64,000 nucleotides of DNA from Coriobacteriia bacterium (GCA_041658765.1 JBAZZO010000012.1:5387-69386); one strand, 5' to 3'. Shown: positions 35,886 to 45,822, counted from the stretch's first letter. Numbers and translations are program-made. Notes: generated from the letters alone by a model not told the origin.

Positions 35886-37187
35886 GTGGACCAGGTCCGC
35901 TTCCAGGAGGCCGAGCGCGCCTACGCCGATGGCGACTGGCGCGCCGCCGCGAAGGCCTTCCTCGCATCCGCTACCGGCGGTGTGGAGGGGAACGGGCCGG
36001 CTTACCATCTGGCCGGTAACTCCCTCGTGCGGCTGCGCCGTCACAACGACGCCATCACCGTCTACCGTCACGCTCTCGAGGATCCCAGATACGCGAAGCG
36101 ACCCTCCGTGTGGTTGAACCTGGGAGCGGCGTATTCGGCCGCCGGCAGCTATCCCGAGGCGGTCGACACGTACGCCTCGGCGATCGGGGAGCCGGGCCAG
36201 ACGGCGGCATACAAGGCGCACCAGGGCATGGCCGGCGCGCTCTACGAGATGGGACGCGTCGCGGACGCCGCGAGGGAGTACCGCGCGGCCGCCGTCGACG
36301 AAGGGAACCCGGATCCGGGCAAGGCGCTGAACAACCTCGGTCTGTGCCTGATGGCGTTGGGCCGTCCCGAGGATGCCGTCGAGGCGTACCGCACCGCGTC
36401 CGGGATGGCGGAGTACGCCGGCAAGGGCAGGTCGTTGGCGAACCTCGGTCTGGCCTACACGACGCTCGGCCGTCATGAGGAGGCCGTGAAGTCGTTCAAG
36501 AAGGCCTCGGAGCTGCATAGTCATCGTCTCTCGGTGCCGGCGCTCGCGGCGTACGAGGCGAGCGCGGCCGCGATATCGGCGCCGTCTCCGCAGACCGTGG
36601 ACGGTTGGACGACGGGGGAGCTTCCCACAGCGCCTGAGTCCGCTCCGGTGGCTGGGTCCGTCCAGGCGTCGGGAGTCCCCATCGCGGGTGCTGCGGCGGA
36701 CTCGAGGTTCTTCACGGCGACCGAGGACGAGATGCGCGAGCGCGACCGCACGGCGCGACGCGAGGAGCGCGAGGAGTACCGCGCGGAGCGCAATCCGTGG
36801 GTGGTGGCCGCCGTCTGGATCGTGGGCGTCCTCCTGGTCGTCGGCGCCGTGCTCGGCGCGTGGGCGCTCGGCCTGGGCTGGCCGACGCAGAACGCCACGG
36901 TGAAGGGCCTGCTCGACGCCCATCAGAACGGCAAGGAGGTCGCGCGCTATTGGGTCGCCGTCCCCGACGTCGATGTGAGCAAGGAGATGGCGAACCTGCC
37001 TCCGACTTACCGTTCGTTCACCGTCGACTCGATCGAGCGTTCCGCGCTGTCCTCGAAGGCCTCCGTCACGGTCACGCTGGAGAAGGGCGCTCCGCTGCAC
37101 TATGAGGTCACGCTGGGCCGCGAAGGCGTCGGCTGGAAGGTGACAGGGATCTCGAACGACTGGCGCTCCACGGGCGGCGGGTCCTGA
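35886..37187 (+). CDS. TPR-repeat membrane protein
   Basis: N-terminal TPR repeats, a charged linker, one TM helix (WVVAAVWIVGVLLVVGAVLGAWALGL) and a small C-terminal extracytoplasmic domain. Confidence 0.7.
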   Translation: MDQVRFQEAERAYADGDWRAAAKAFLASATGGVEGNGPAYHLAGNSLVRLRRHNDAITVYRHALEDPRYAKRPSVWLNLGAAYSAAGSYPEAVDTYASAIGEPGQTAAYKAHQGMAGALYEMGRVADAAREYRAAAVDEGNPDPGKALNNLGLCLMALGRPEDAVEAYRTASGMAEYAGKGRSLANLGLAYTTLGRHEEAVKSFKKASELHSHRLSVPALAAYEASAAAISAPSPQTVDGWTTGELPTAPESAPVAGSVQASGVPIAGAAADSRFFTATEDEMRERDRTARREEREEYRAERNPWVVAAVWIVGVLLVVGAVLGAWALGLGWPTQNATVKGLLDAHQNGKEVARYWVAVPDVDVSKEMANLPPTYRSFTVDSIERSALSSKASVTVTLEKGAPLHYEVTLGREGVGWKVTGISNDWRSTGGGS

Positions 37188-37205
37188 CCCGCGGGAAGGT
37201 GAGGT

Positions 37206-37604
37206 ATGGAGAAGACCTACGTGATGATCAAGCCGGACGCCGTCGCGCGCGGGCTCGTCGGTCGGATCGTCGACCGCTTCGAGTCGGCCGGGCTGACCAT
37301 CGAGCGGATGGAGCTCGCCGCGCTCACGCGGGAACAGGCGGAGGCCAACTACGCCGAGCACGCGGGTAAGCCCTTCTACGAGGGGCTCGTCTCGTATGTG
37401 ACCTCGGGCCCTGTCGTCAAGATGGTCGTGGTGGGTCCCGGAGCGGTCGCTGTCTGCCGCAAGCTCATGGGCGCCACGGACCCGGCGCAGGCCGCTCCGG
37501 GTACCATCCGGGGGGACTACGGGCTCGAGCTGGACGCGAACGTCGTCCACGGCTCCGATTCGCTCGCGAGCGCCGAGAGGGAGATAGCGATCTTCTTCGC
37601 GTGA
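37206..37604 (+). CDS. ndk: nucleoside diphosphate kinase
   Basis: EKTYVMIKPDAV at the N-terminus and the NVVHGSDS active-site His motif. Confidence 0.92.
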   Translation: MEKTYVMIKPDAVARGLVGRIVDRFESAGLTIERMELAALTREQAEANYAEHAGKPFYEGLVSYVTSGPVVKMVVVGPGAVAVCRKLMGATDPAQAAPGTIRGDYGLELDANVVHGSDSLASAEREIAIFFA

Positions 37605-37667
37605 CGCACGCTCCATCGCGGCGATATCTCGCCGCCGTCCGCACTCTGCCGGGAGTAAGGGGACGCC

Positions 37668-38693
37668 GTGTTCTTTCGCATCATGGATAAGGGCCGCCTG
37701 CCCGATCTCGTGAGCGGTCTGGCTCGCGAGTTCGAGGTCATCGGGCCCATCGCCAAGGGGGACAAGTTCGTCTTCGCCCCCGTGCACGAGGCCTCTGAGT
37801 TGCGGCTCGACTACGATACGACGCTCTTGCCGCCCAAGCGGTGGTTCTTCCCGCCCGAGGAGGCGCTCATGCGCTTCCGCGTCGCGGACAACGAGGTCGT
37901 CGACGACGCGGTGTGGGCCAATCCGCGCGTCCTGTTCGGGCTGCACCCGTGCGACATCAACGGGCTGCTGCTCATGGACAACGTCTTCAACGGGAAGTAC
38001 ATCGACCCGTACTACAAGGCCCGCAGGGACGCCACGCTGCTCGTCGGCGTGAGCTGCACGCCTTCGGACACGTGCTTCTGCAACGCGTGGAGCACGGACG
38101 AGGTCCATTGGGGGTTCGACATCTTCCTCTCCGACCTCGGGGACCGCTACTTCGCTTCGGTGCGCACGGTCAAAGGCGCCGAGCTCCTCGACCGCCACGT
38201 CGAGACGCGAGACATCACCGACGAGGACACCGCCGAGTTCCAGCGAGCGGTCAAGAGGTTCAAGAAGTCCTTCATGCACGACCTCGACACCTCGCAGCTG
38301 CCGCTCCTGCTCGACGCGAAGTTCGACAGCCCCATCTGGGACGAGCTGGGCAAGCGCTGCCTGAGTTGCGGCGCGTGTTCGATGGTCTGCCCGACCTGCT
38401 ACTGCTTCGACGTGCGGGACGATCTCGACGCCGATCAGCAGATGGGCACGCGCGTGAGGAAGTGGGACTCCTGCCAGTTCAGGCAGTTCGCCGAGGTCGC
38501 TCACGGCGAGAACTTCCGTGAGAGTCGCGCGAGCCGCGTGAAGTACCGCTACTACCACAAGCAGTGGGGCTACCTCAGCAAGTTCGAGAGGGTGCTGTGC
38601 GTCGGCTGCGGGCGTTGCGCCCGCGCGTGCCTGGCCGGCATCAGCCCGATGGAGGTCGTCAGCGCGCTGGAGAGCGGAGGTGAGGTGGTATGA
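37668..38693 (+). CDS. Fe-S subunit of group-3b-type hydrogenase (HydB / AsrA-like beta subunit)
   Basis: CLSCGACSMVCPTCYCFD and CVGCGRCARAC motifs. First of four tightly coupled genes. Confidence 0.75.
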   Translation: MFFRIMDKGRLPDLVSGLAREFEVIGPIAKGDKFVFAPVHEASELRLDYDTTLLPPKRWFFPPEEALMRFRVADNEVVDDAVWANPRVLFGLHPCDINGLLLMDNVFNGKYIDPYYKARRDATLLVGVSCTPSDTCFCNAWSTDEVHWGFDIFLSDLGDRYFASVRTVKGAELLDRHVETRDITDEDTAEFQRAVKRFKKSFMHDLDTSQLPLLLDAKFDSPIWDELGKRCLSCGACSMVCPTCYCFDVRDDLDADQQMGTRVRKWDSCQFRQFAEVAHGENFRESRASRVKYRYYHKQWGYLSKFERVLCVGCGRCARACLAGISPMEVVSALESGGEVV

Positions 38694-39565
38694 GAGACGG
38701 GCAGCACGCCGATCTCGGCAGCGTCACGCGAGACATCACGGCGAACCCGTACCGGCCCTGGCCGGCGAGGATCACCTCGATCCTCGACCTCACGGAGAAG
38801 GAGAAACTCTTCGAGCTCCGTCTCATCGACGAGGACGTGCGGGAGGCGTTCCAGTTCCACTCGGGTCAGTTCGTCGAGCTCTCCATCTTCGGGGTGGGAG
38901 AGGCGCCGATCTCCATCTCGTCCGCACCGAGCAAGGCCGGCTTCATCGAGCTGTGCATCCGCGAGGCCGGGGACGTGACGGGCGCGATGCACCGCAAGCA
39001 GTGCGGCGACGTGGTCGGCATCCGCGGGCCGTTCGGGCGCGGGTTCCCCTTCCAGCAGATGAAGGGCTCCGACGTCCTGCTCGTCGCGGGCGGGCTCGGT
39101 ATCGCGCCGCTCAAGTCGCTCATCAACCACATCCACGACGAACGTCACGAGTTCGGCCGGGTGACGATCCTCTACGGCGCGCGCACGCCAGCCGAGGTGC
39201 TCTTCCGCTACCAGTTCGACATGTGGAAGCACCGGGACGACTTCGACCTCATCCTCACGGTCGACGTATCGGACGAGGAATGGGAGGGCGAGGTCGGTCT
39301 CGTCACCAAGCTCTTCGACAGGATCGAGATCGATCCGCTCAACACGTACGGCGCGATCTGCGGGCCTCCGGTCATGTACAAGTACGTCATCGCCGAGATG
39401 CGCAAGAAGCAGATGGACGTCGACAAGATCTACGTGAGCTTCGAGCGCCGCATGAAATGCGGCATCGGCAAGTGCGGCCACTGCGGGGTAGGTCACCAGT
39501 ACGCGTGCGTCGACGGGCCGGTCTTCAACTACTGGGAAGCCATGAACCTGCAGGAGGCGATCTGA
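38690..39565 (+). CDS. FAD/NAD(P)-binding, 2Fe-2S subunit (HydG / AsrB-like gamma subunit)
   Basis: Ferredoxin-reductase fold (SGQFVELS, LVAGGLGIAP) and a C-terminal CGIGKCGHCGVG motif. ATGA overlap with the beta subunit. Confidence 0.8.
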   Translation: MRDGQHADLGSVTRDITANPYRPWPARITSILDLTEKEKLFELRLIDEDVREAFQFHSGQFVELSIFGVGEAPISISSAPSKAGFIELCIREAGDVTGAMHRKQCGDVVGIRGPFGRGFPFQQMKGSDVLLVAGGLGIAPLKSLINHIHDERHEFGRVTILYGARTPAEVLFRYQFDMWKHRDDFDLILTVDVSDEEWEGEVGLVTKLFDRIEIDPLNTYGAICGPPVMYKYVIAEMRKKQMDVDKIYVSFERRMKCGIGKCGHCGVGHQYACVDGPVFNYWEAMNLQEAI

Positions 39566-39567
39566 CC

Positions 39568-40251
39568 ATGCGACCGAAGCTCGCGGTCTTCTCACTAGCC
39601 AGCGATTTCGGCTGCCAGGTCCAGATGACGAACATGGAGGACGTGCTCCTCGACGTCCTGGGATTGTTCGAGATCGCGTACTGGCAACTACTCTCGTCGG
39701 GTCACGTCCCCGACGAGTACGACGTCGCCGTCGTCGAGGGCGCGGTCACGTCCGACGAGCACGTGGAGCTGCTCCGCGACATCCGCCGGAAGGCGAAGAT
39801 AGTCGTCGCCATCGGGGCGTGCGCGATCACCGGAGGTATCCCCGCGATGGTGACGGGAGGCCGCACGCCGGTCTCCGTCACGAGCGTCATCGACGTCGAC
39901 TACGTCGTTCCCGGATGTCCGATCGACCCCCCGGAGTTCGTGCGCGTCGTCTCGCGTGCTCTGCAGGGCCTCTCCGACGCGACGCCCGCCGAGCCGCTCT
40001 GTTCGACGTGCAAGACGAAGGAGAACGTCTGCTTCTGGGAGAGCGGCGAGGTCTGCCTCGGAGTGCTCACGCGCAACGGGTGCGGCGCGCGCTGCGTCAC
40101 GCTCGGGAGGGCCTGCAGCGGGTGCCGTGGGCTCGCCCCGGAGGCGAACCTCGACTCCGCCCGGGAGGTCTTCACCAAGCACGGAGCGGATCTCGCCGCG
40201 GTGGTGTCGCGGCTCGAACTGTACAACGCCGTCGAGGAGGTGACGTTCTAG
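39568..40251 (+). CDS. NiFe hydrogenase small (delta) subunit, group 3 type
   Basis: ATG at 39568 follows CAGGAGG. Contains FGCQVQM, GACAITGGIP and VPGCPIDP motifs plus distal-cluster cysteines. Confidence 0.8.
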   Translation: MRPKLAVFSLASDFGCQVQMTNMEDVLLDVLGLFEIAYWQLLSSGHVPDEYDVAVVEGAVTSDEHVELLRDIRRKAKIVVAIGACAITGGIPAMVTGGRTPVSVTSVIDVDYVVPGCPIDPPEFVRVVSRALQGLSDATPAEPLCSTCKTKENVCFWESGEVCLGVLTRNGCGARCVTLGRACSGCRGLAPEANLDSAREVFTKHGADLAAVVSRLELYNAVEEVTF

Positions 40252-40252
40252 G

Positions 40253-41515
40253 ATGCCGAGCATATCTGTCGAGCACGTCGCCAGGATCGAAGGCCATGGG
40301 ACCATCTCGGTCGACGTCGAGGGCGGGGCGGTCGCGTCGGTCCGCCTCGACGTCATCGAGCCCGCGCGGTACTTCGAATCGATGGTCGTCGGACGCAGGT
40401 TCGACGACATCCCGCTCATCACGTCGCGCATCTGCGGTATCTGCTCGCCGAACCATGCGCTGACGGCCATCAAGGCCCTCGAGGCCGCGCTGGGCGTCGA
40501 GGTGTCGCCGCGCACGCGTCTTCTGCGGAAGCTGCTCGTGTACGGCTCCTACCTGCAGAACCACGCGACGCACCTCTACGTCTTCGCCGCGCCCGACTTC
40601 GTCGGCCAGGCGAGCGTCCTCCCGCTGGCCGCATCGCATCCCGAGGTGGTGCGTCGCGCGCTGCGCATCAAGAAGCTCGGCAACGACCTCACGACGCTCG
40701 TCGGCGGCCGGCCGGTGCATCCCGTGACCGCGGTCGTGGGCGGGTTCACCTCCGAGCCGGACCAGCGCGATCTCGAGAAGATGCGCGACTCTCTGCTCGC
40801 CATCGCGGACGAGGCCCTCGAGACGGTCTCGCTGTTCGCCTCGTTCGAGGTGCCGGACTTCGCGACCTCCGGAGACATGCTCGCGCTCGTCGCCGACGAC
40901 GACTATGCCATCTACGAGGGCGATATCGCGTCGCTCGACGGCGGATGGCGGCGCCCGGTCGCGGACTACCGCTCCATGGTGCACGAGGAGGTCGTCGCGC
41001 ACGGCAACGCGAAGCACAGCACCGTGGACGGCCGGACCTTCATGGTCGGCGCCCTGCCTCGCATCGACCTCTCCTCGGGCCGGTTCGGCGCGCGGGCACG
41101 TCGCGCGCTCGAAGCCGCGGGGCTCGAGGTCCCCTCGCGCAACCCCTTCGCCAACAACGTGTGCCAGGCCGTCGAGCTCGTCGACGCGGCCGAGCGCTGC
41201 GCCGGCTACGTGGAGCGGATCCTCGAGTCGGACGGATCCTCGCTCCCCGTGCCGTTCGTCGTGCGAGCCGGATCGGGCGTCGGAGCGACGGAGGCGCCGC
41301 GTGGGACTCTCTACCACGGCTACAGCGTGGACGACGACGGCATCGTCACCGCGGGGGACGTCATCACCCCGACCGCCCAGAACCTCGCGAATCTCGAGTC
41401 GGACATGCGCTCCTTCGCCCCGACGGTCGTCGACCGGCCGCGCGAGGAGTTCACGCTGTTGATCGAGCAGCTCGTGCGTGCGTACGACCCCTGCCTCTCC
41501 TGCGCCGTGCACTGA
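40253..41515 (+). CDS. NiFe hydrogenase large (alpha) subunit, group 3 type
   Basis: RICGICSPNH near the N-terminus. The C-terminus is DPCLSCAVH followed directly by a stop codon. Confidence 0.88.
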   Translation: MPSISVEHVARIEGHGTISVDVEGGAVASVRLDVIEPARYFESMVVGRRFDDIPLITSRICGICSPNHALTAIKALEAALGVEVSPRTRLLRKLLVYGSYLQNHATHLYVFAAPDFVGQASVLPLAASHPEVVRRALRIKKLGNDLTTLVGGRPVHPVTAVVGGFTSEPDQRDLEKMRDSLLAIADEALETVSLFASFEVPDFATSGDMLALVADDDYAIYEGDIASLDGGWRRPVADYRSMVHEEVVAHGNAKHSTVDGRTFMVGALPRIDLSSGRFGARARRALEAAGLEVPSRNPFANNVCQAVELVDAAERCAGYVERILESDGSSLPVPFVVRAGSGVGATEAPRGTLYHGYSVDDDGIVTAGDVITPTAQNLANLESDMRSFAPTVVDRPREEFTLLIEQLVRAYDPCLSCAVH

Positions 41516-41538
41516 GAGCGGGGGCATCGTCTTTACGC

Positions 41539-41567
41539 GGAAGGGCGGGCCGCACACCCGCCCTTCC
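41539..41567 (+). terminator. 11-bp perfect hairpin after the group-3 hydrogenase operon
   Basis: GGAAGGGCGGG-ccgcaca-CCCGCCCTTCC. An A/T-rich stretch (gaatatattttg) follows within 20 nt. Confidence 0.5.
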
Positions 41568-41586
41568 GGATATTCCCGAATATATT

Positions 41587-41615
41587 TTGCAGGAGTCCGG
41601 CCGACCGGCTAGAAT
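41587..41615 (+). promoter_or_regulatory. putative sigma-70 promoter TTGCAG-17 nt-TAGAAT for the rnf operon
   Basis: -35 element at 41587..41592 and -10 at 41610..41615, 40 nt upstream of the rnfC GTG. Confidence 0.5.
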
Positions 41616-41654
41616 CCAATCCTCATATCGCGTCGGGCTCGCAAGGGGGTCTGT

Positions 41655-42956
41655 GTGGCAAGGAGCGCGTTCGCAGGTGGCGTCCATCCTCCGGCAGGGA
41701 AGACGGCGACCTCGGGGAAGCCGATAGAGCGCCCCCCGCTGCCGTCGAAGCTGTTCGTGCCGATGTCGCAGCACCTTGGCGCCCCGTGCGAGCCGACCGT
41801 CGCCGTCGGAGACCGCGTGGTCCGCGGCCAGCTCATCGGCAGCGTCGACGCGATGGTCAGCGCCCCCGTTCACGCGCCCGCCTCGGGCGTGGTCGACGCG
41901 ATCGCGCCCGTCCTCCTCACGTCCGGAGTGCGCGCCCCCGCCGTCGTCATCGCGACCGATCCCGATCAGGACCTAGAGGCCTTCGAGCCGATCGCGCATG
42001 CCCATGACGTTCGCGCCGCGGTGCGTGCGGCCGGGATCGTCGGCCTCGGAGGCGCGGCGTTCCCGTCGGTCGTGAAGCTCACCCCGCCTAAGGACATGCG
42101 GCTCGATCTGCTCATCGTGAACGGCTGCGAGTGCGAGCCGCGCTTGACGTGCGACCATCGGCTCATGCTCGAGCACGCGGAGCAGGTCGTCTCCGGCTCC
42201 AAGGTCGTTGCCTCCGCCGTCGGGGCGGAGCGCATCGTCATCGCCGTCGAGGACGACAAGCCCGACGCTGTGGAGGCCTTGCGCGCGGCCGCCGACGGTG
42301 GCGTCGAGGTCGTCGCTCTGCCCGTGCGCTACCCGCAGGGCGGAGAGAAGCAGCTCATCCTCGCGATAACCGGTCGCGAGGTCGGACACGGCCAACTCCC
42401 GGCTTCCGTCGGCGCCCTCGTGCACAACGTCGCGACCATCGTCGCCATGCTCGAGGCCATCGAGAACGGGCGGCCGCTGATCGAGCGCGTCGTGACCGTC
42501 ACCGGCGCCGTGAAGCGGCCGGGCAACTACCTGACGCTGCTCGGCACACTCGTGAGCGATCTCATCGAGGCGGCTGGCGGACTCGACGGCCCGGTGGGCA
42601 GGGTGGTCGCCGGCGGGCCGATGACCGGCGCCGCGCTGGGCTCTCTCGACGTCCCGATCGTCAAGGGGACGTCCGGCGTCCTGGCGCTGCGTCCCGACGA
42701 GGCCGCGCCGTGCGTCGACGGCGACCAGCCGTGCATCCGCTGCCGCCGGTGCGCCGACGCGTGCCCGATGGGGCTGTCGCCTTTCGCTCTCGGTACCTAC
42801 GCGGACAGGCGCATGTGGGACAAGACGTCGGCTCTGCACACGCTCGACTGCATCGAATGCGGCTGCTGCAGCTACGTCTGCCCGACGCAGCGTCCGCTCG
42901 TACAGCTCATCCGCCTGGCGAAGGCCATGGCGCTGCTGCAGGGGGCGGCGCTGTGA
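41655..42956 (+). CDS. rnfC: Rnf electron transport complex subunit C
   Basis: GLGGAAFPS NADH/FMN-binding motif and two 4Fe-4S motifs (CIRCRRCADACP, CIECGCCSYVCP). Confidence 0.9.
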   Translation: MARSAFAGGVHPPAGKTATSGKPIERPPLPSKLFVPMSQHLGAPCEPTVAVGDRVVRGQLIGSVDAMVSAPVHAPASGVVDAIAPVLLTSGVRAPAVVIATDPDQDLEAFEPIAHAHDVRAAVRAAGIVGLGGAAFPSVVKLTPPKDMRLDLLIVNGCECEPRLTCDHRLMLEHAEQVVSGSKVVASAVGAERIVIAVEDDKPDAVEALRAAADGGVEVVALPVRYPQGGEKQLILAITGREVGHGQLPASVGALVHNVATIVAMLEAIENGRPLIERVVTVTGAVKRPGNYLTLLGTLVSDLIEAAGGLDGPVGRVVAGGPMTGAALGSLDVPIVKGTSGVLALRPDEAAPCVDGDQPCIRCRRCADACPMGLSPFALGTYADRRMWDKTSALHTLDCIECGCCSYVCPTQRPLVQLIRLAKAMALLQGAAL

Positions 42957-43957
42957 GCGAGCAAGAGACGGTCCGCCTCCCGCAGGTCGCGCCTTCGCCT
43001 CACATCGCGGCGCCGGCGTCCGCGTCCGGGATCATGCTCGCCGTGGTCGCCGCTCTCGTCCCGACCGCGGTATGGGCCGTCTACAACATGGGCGCTCCGG
43101 CCGCGATCACGTTCGCGAGCGCGATCGTCGGGTGCATGGGGACCGAGGCGCTCTGGTGCGCGGTGGCGAAGCGCAAGCAGACGCTGCGAGACGGGAGCGC
43201 GCTGCTCACGGGCATCCTCCTCGCGATGTGTATGCCGCCGATGACGCCCTGGTGGATCACGTTCGCCGCGGGCGTCGTCGCGATCGGTCTCGGCAAGATG
43301 ATCTTCGGCGGGCTCGGCTGCAACCTCTTCAATCCAGCGCTCGTCGGCCGAGCGTTCGCCGTCATCTCGTGGGCCGGAGTCATCTCCGAGAGCCCGGGCC
43401 GCGGATGGTTCCGCACGCTCGATCTGCCGGGCAAGGCCGGTCTCGACGCTGTGACCGGAGCGACGAGGCTCGCGCTCGCCGCCGCCGACCGCGCCGCGCA
43501 CGGCGGATACGGCTACGACCTCTCGGCGCAGTACGCGCCGCTGCTCTGGCGCAACCTCGAAGGCTCGCTCGGCGAGGTCTCCGGCGCGCTCCTCCTGCTC
43601 GGTGGCCTCGTGCTGGTCGCCGCACGTATCGTCGATTGGCGCATCCCCGCCGGGTACATAGGCTCCGTCGCTCTGTTCTCGTGGCTGACCGGCTCGAACC
43701 CTGGGTTCGACGTGCTCGCCGGCGGAGTGCTCCTCGGAGCGTTCTTCATGGCGACCGACTACGTGAGCAGCCCGATCACGCGCAACGGCCGGCTCGTGTA
43801 CGCCGTGGGGTGCGGGACGCTCGCTTCCTGCGGAAGGTTCTTCGGCACGTCGATGCCCGACACGACGACCTTCGCGATCCTGTTCATGAACGGGCTCGCG
43901 CCGCTGATCGACCGCGCATTCACTCCGCGTACGTACGGGTGGCCGCGCCGTGGATAA
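42953..43957 (+). CDS. rnfD: Rnf complex subunit D
   Basis: GTG overlaps the rnfC stop (GTGA). Polytopic membrane protein with the flavinylation motif DAVTGATRL. Confidence 0.88.
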   Translation: MSEQETVRLPQVAPSPHIAAPASASGIMLAVVAALVPTAVWAVYNMGAPAAITFASAIVGCMGTEALWCAVAKRKQTLRDGSALLTGILLAMCMPPMTPWWITFAAGVVAIGLGKMIFGGLGCNLFNPALVGRAFAVISWAGVISESPGRGWFRTLDLPGKAGLDAVTGATRLALAAADRAAHGGYGYDLSAQYAPLLWRNLEGSLGEVSGALLLLGGLVLVAARIVDWRIPAGYIGSVALFSWLTGSNPGFDVLAGGVLLGAFFMATDYVSSPITRNGRLVYAVGCGTLASCGRFFGTSMPDTTTFAILFMNGLAPLIDRAFTPRTYGWPRRG

Positions 43958-44537
43958 GACAGCGATCAAGCTCGTGGTCTCCACCACCGTCGTCTGCATC
44001 GTCGCGGCCGCAGGGCTCGGCATGACGTACGGCGTCACGAAGGACCGCATCGCGAAGATGGACCGCGAGGCCGAGGTCGCCGCGCTGCGCGCGGTGCTGC
44101 CCGACGCGAAGCGTTTCTCGAAGGTCGCCGCCGCCGAGGATCTCGCCGCCGCCAAGAAGGCTGCGGGCGAGGTCACGTTCGTCTCCGCATATAGCGCCAG
44201 TTCCTCGGGCGGGGACCCGGCGGGGTGGGGCGTCAGGGTCGCCTCCCGCGGATACGGCGGTCCTATGCAGCTGGTTATCGGATTGGATAGAGACGGGAAA
44301 GTGACGGGTGTCAGCATAGTCGCCATGAACGAGACGCCCGGTCTCGGCACCAAGGTCCTGACGGAGAAGTGGTTCATGCGACAGTTCACGAAGCTCCCCG
44401 CGGGAGCCAGCGACGCCGACCTCCGGAAGCTCGACGCGATCAGCGGGGCCACGAAGTCGTCGCGGGGCGTCAGGCATGGTGTCGAAGCGGCGGTACGTGT
44501 CTGGCGGGCGGCGTTCGGCGGGGGAGGCGGGAACTGA
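43950..44537 (+). CDS. rnfG: Rnf complex subunit G
   Basis: N-terminal TM helix and FMN-binding domain with the SGATKSSRGV motif. Confidence 0.88.
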   Translation: MDKTAIKLVVSTTVVCIVAAAGLGMTYGVTKDRIAKMDREAEVAALRAVLPDAKRFSKVAAAEDLAAAKKAAGEVTFVSAYSASSSGGDPAGWGVRVASRGYGGPMQLVIGLDRDGKVTGVSIVAMNETPGLGTKVLTEKWFMRQFTKLPAGASDADLRKLDAISGATKSSRGVRHGVEAAVRVWRAAFGGGGGN

Positions 44538-45202
44538 TGGGCGCTTGGCGTAAGACCTTCATGGACGGTATCTCGCTCGAGAACCCGCTGACGGTGCTCA
44601 TGATCGGTCTCTGCGCGACTCTCGCCGTCACGTCGAAGCTCGAGGGTTCGTTCTTCATGAGCATCGCCGTGATCTTCGTCCTCGTGATGAGCAACGTGCT
44701 GGTCTCCGCGATACGGAAGTTCACCCCCAACGAGGTGCGCATACCGATCTTCATCGTCGTGATCGCGTCGTTCGTGACGATCGTCGACCTCTCGATGAAG
44801 GCGTTCGTGCCGGGCGTCTACGCGCTGCTCGGCATCTGGATCCCCCTCATCGTCGTCAACTGCATCATCCTCGGACGTGCCGAGGCGTTCGCCTACCACA
44901 ACACGGTCTGGCTCTCGATCGCTGACGGGCTCGGCATGGGCATCGGGTACTCGGTAATCATGGTGATGCTCTCCGTGGTGCGTGAGCTCTTCGGGACGGG
45001 CCGGATCGTCTTCCTCGGGGCCCAACTGCTGGCGTTGCCGGCATGGTTCAAGCCTCCCGGGATCCTGCTATCGTTCCCAGGCGCGTTCATCCTGTTCGGG
45101 TTCGTCATCGCGGGGTCGATAGCCTTGAACCGCAAGCTCAGGGCGCGCGCCAAGGCCAGCGGCCGCGAGATACCGCCTCCGCCGGAACCGGGGTGCTGCT
45201 GA
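44537..45202 (+). CDS. rnfE: Rnf complex subunit E
   Basis: ATG overlaps the rnfG stop (TGATG). Contains ENPLTVLMIGLCATLAV and VNCIILGRAEAFA. Confidence 0.88.
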   Translation: MGAWRKTFMDGISLENPLTVLMIGLCATLAVTSKLEGSFFMSIAVIFVLVMSNVLVSAIRKFTPNEVRIPIFIVVIASFVTIVDLSMKAFVPGVYALLGIWIPLIVVNCIILGRAEAFAYHNTVWLSIADGLGMGIGYSVIMVMLSVVRELFGTGRIVFLGAQLLALPAWFKPPGILLSFPGAFILFGFVIAGSIALNRKLRARAKASGREIPPPPEPGCC

Positions 45203-45822
45203 TGGGTACTCTGAGCCATATGGCACTGCTCTTCGTCGGAGCGGCGCTCATAAACAACATCCTGCTGACACGGTTCATCGCCCTGTGCTCGTTCTTCGGC
45301 ATCAGCAACGACATGGACACGTCGGTCGGGATGAGCCTCGCCGTGATCTTCGTCATGGTCATGGCGTCGACGGCGACGTGGCTCCTGTGGAACGTGGTGC
45401 TGGCGCCACTCGGCGTCGGTGAGTTCCTCTACATACCCGCGTTCATCCTGATCATCGCGGCACTCGTCCAGTTCGTGGAGATGTACCTGCGAAAGGCGAG
45501 CCCGGCGCTCTACCGCGCCATGGGCATCTACCTGCCGCTGATCACCACCAACTGCGCGGTCCTCGCCGCGGCCACGGAGGTGGCGAAGCCAGGCTTCTTC
45601 AAGATGAACATGGCGTACAGCTACGGGTTCTTCGAAGGCCTCGTGTACACGATCGGGGTCGCCGCTGGGTACGGTTTCGCTCTCGTGAGCTTCACCGCTC
45701 TCAGGGAGCGTCTCGAGACCGCGCCCGTCCCGGCCGCGCTCCGCGGGATACCGATGGCGTTCATCACCGCGGGACTGTTGTCCCTCGGGTACGTGGGACT
45801 AGGCGGGTTGTTCGGGCTGTGA
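45202..45822 (+). CDS. rnfA: Rnf complex subunit A
   Basis: ATG overlaps the rnfE stop (TGATG). Contains NNILLTRFIALCSFFG and ITTNCAVLAAA. Confidence 0.88.
   Translation: MGTLSHMALLFVGAALINNILLTRFIALCSFFGISNDMDTSVGMSLAVIFVMVMASTATWLLWNVVLAPLGVGEFLYIPAFILIIAALVQFVEMYLRKASPALYRAMGIYLPLITTNCAVLAAATEVAKPGFFKMNMAYSYGFFEGLVYTIGVAAGYGFALVSFTALRERLETAPVPAALRGIPMAFITAGLLSLGYVGLGGLFGL

Noticed and set aside
35742-38558. 938-aa minus-strand ORF spanning the TPR, ndk and hydB region
   Set aside because: It is a shadow ORF in high-GC DNA. It lies antisense to three well-supported genes and has low-complexity Arg/Val/Glu/Leu-rich composition with no motifs.
41489-41515. Possible second selenocysteine site in the group-3 hydrogenase large subunit
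   Set aside because: The C-terminal motif is encoded with ordinary Cys codons (DPCLSCAVH) and is followed directly by a stop codon. There is no in-frame TGA to recode.
42872-45025. 717-aa minus-strand ORF antisense to rnfD, rnfG and rnfE
   Set aside because: It is a shadow frame. The plus-strand rnf genes are unambiguous and translationally coupled.
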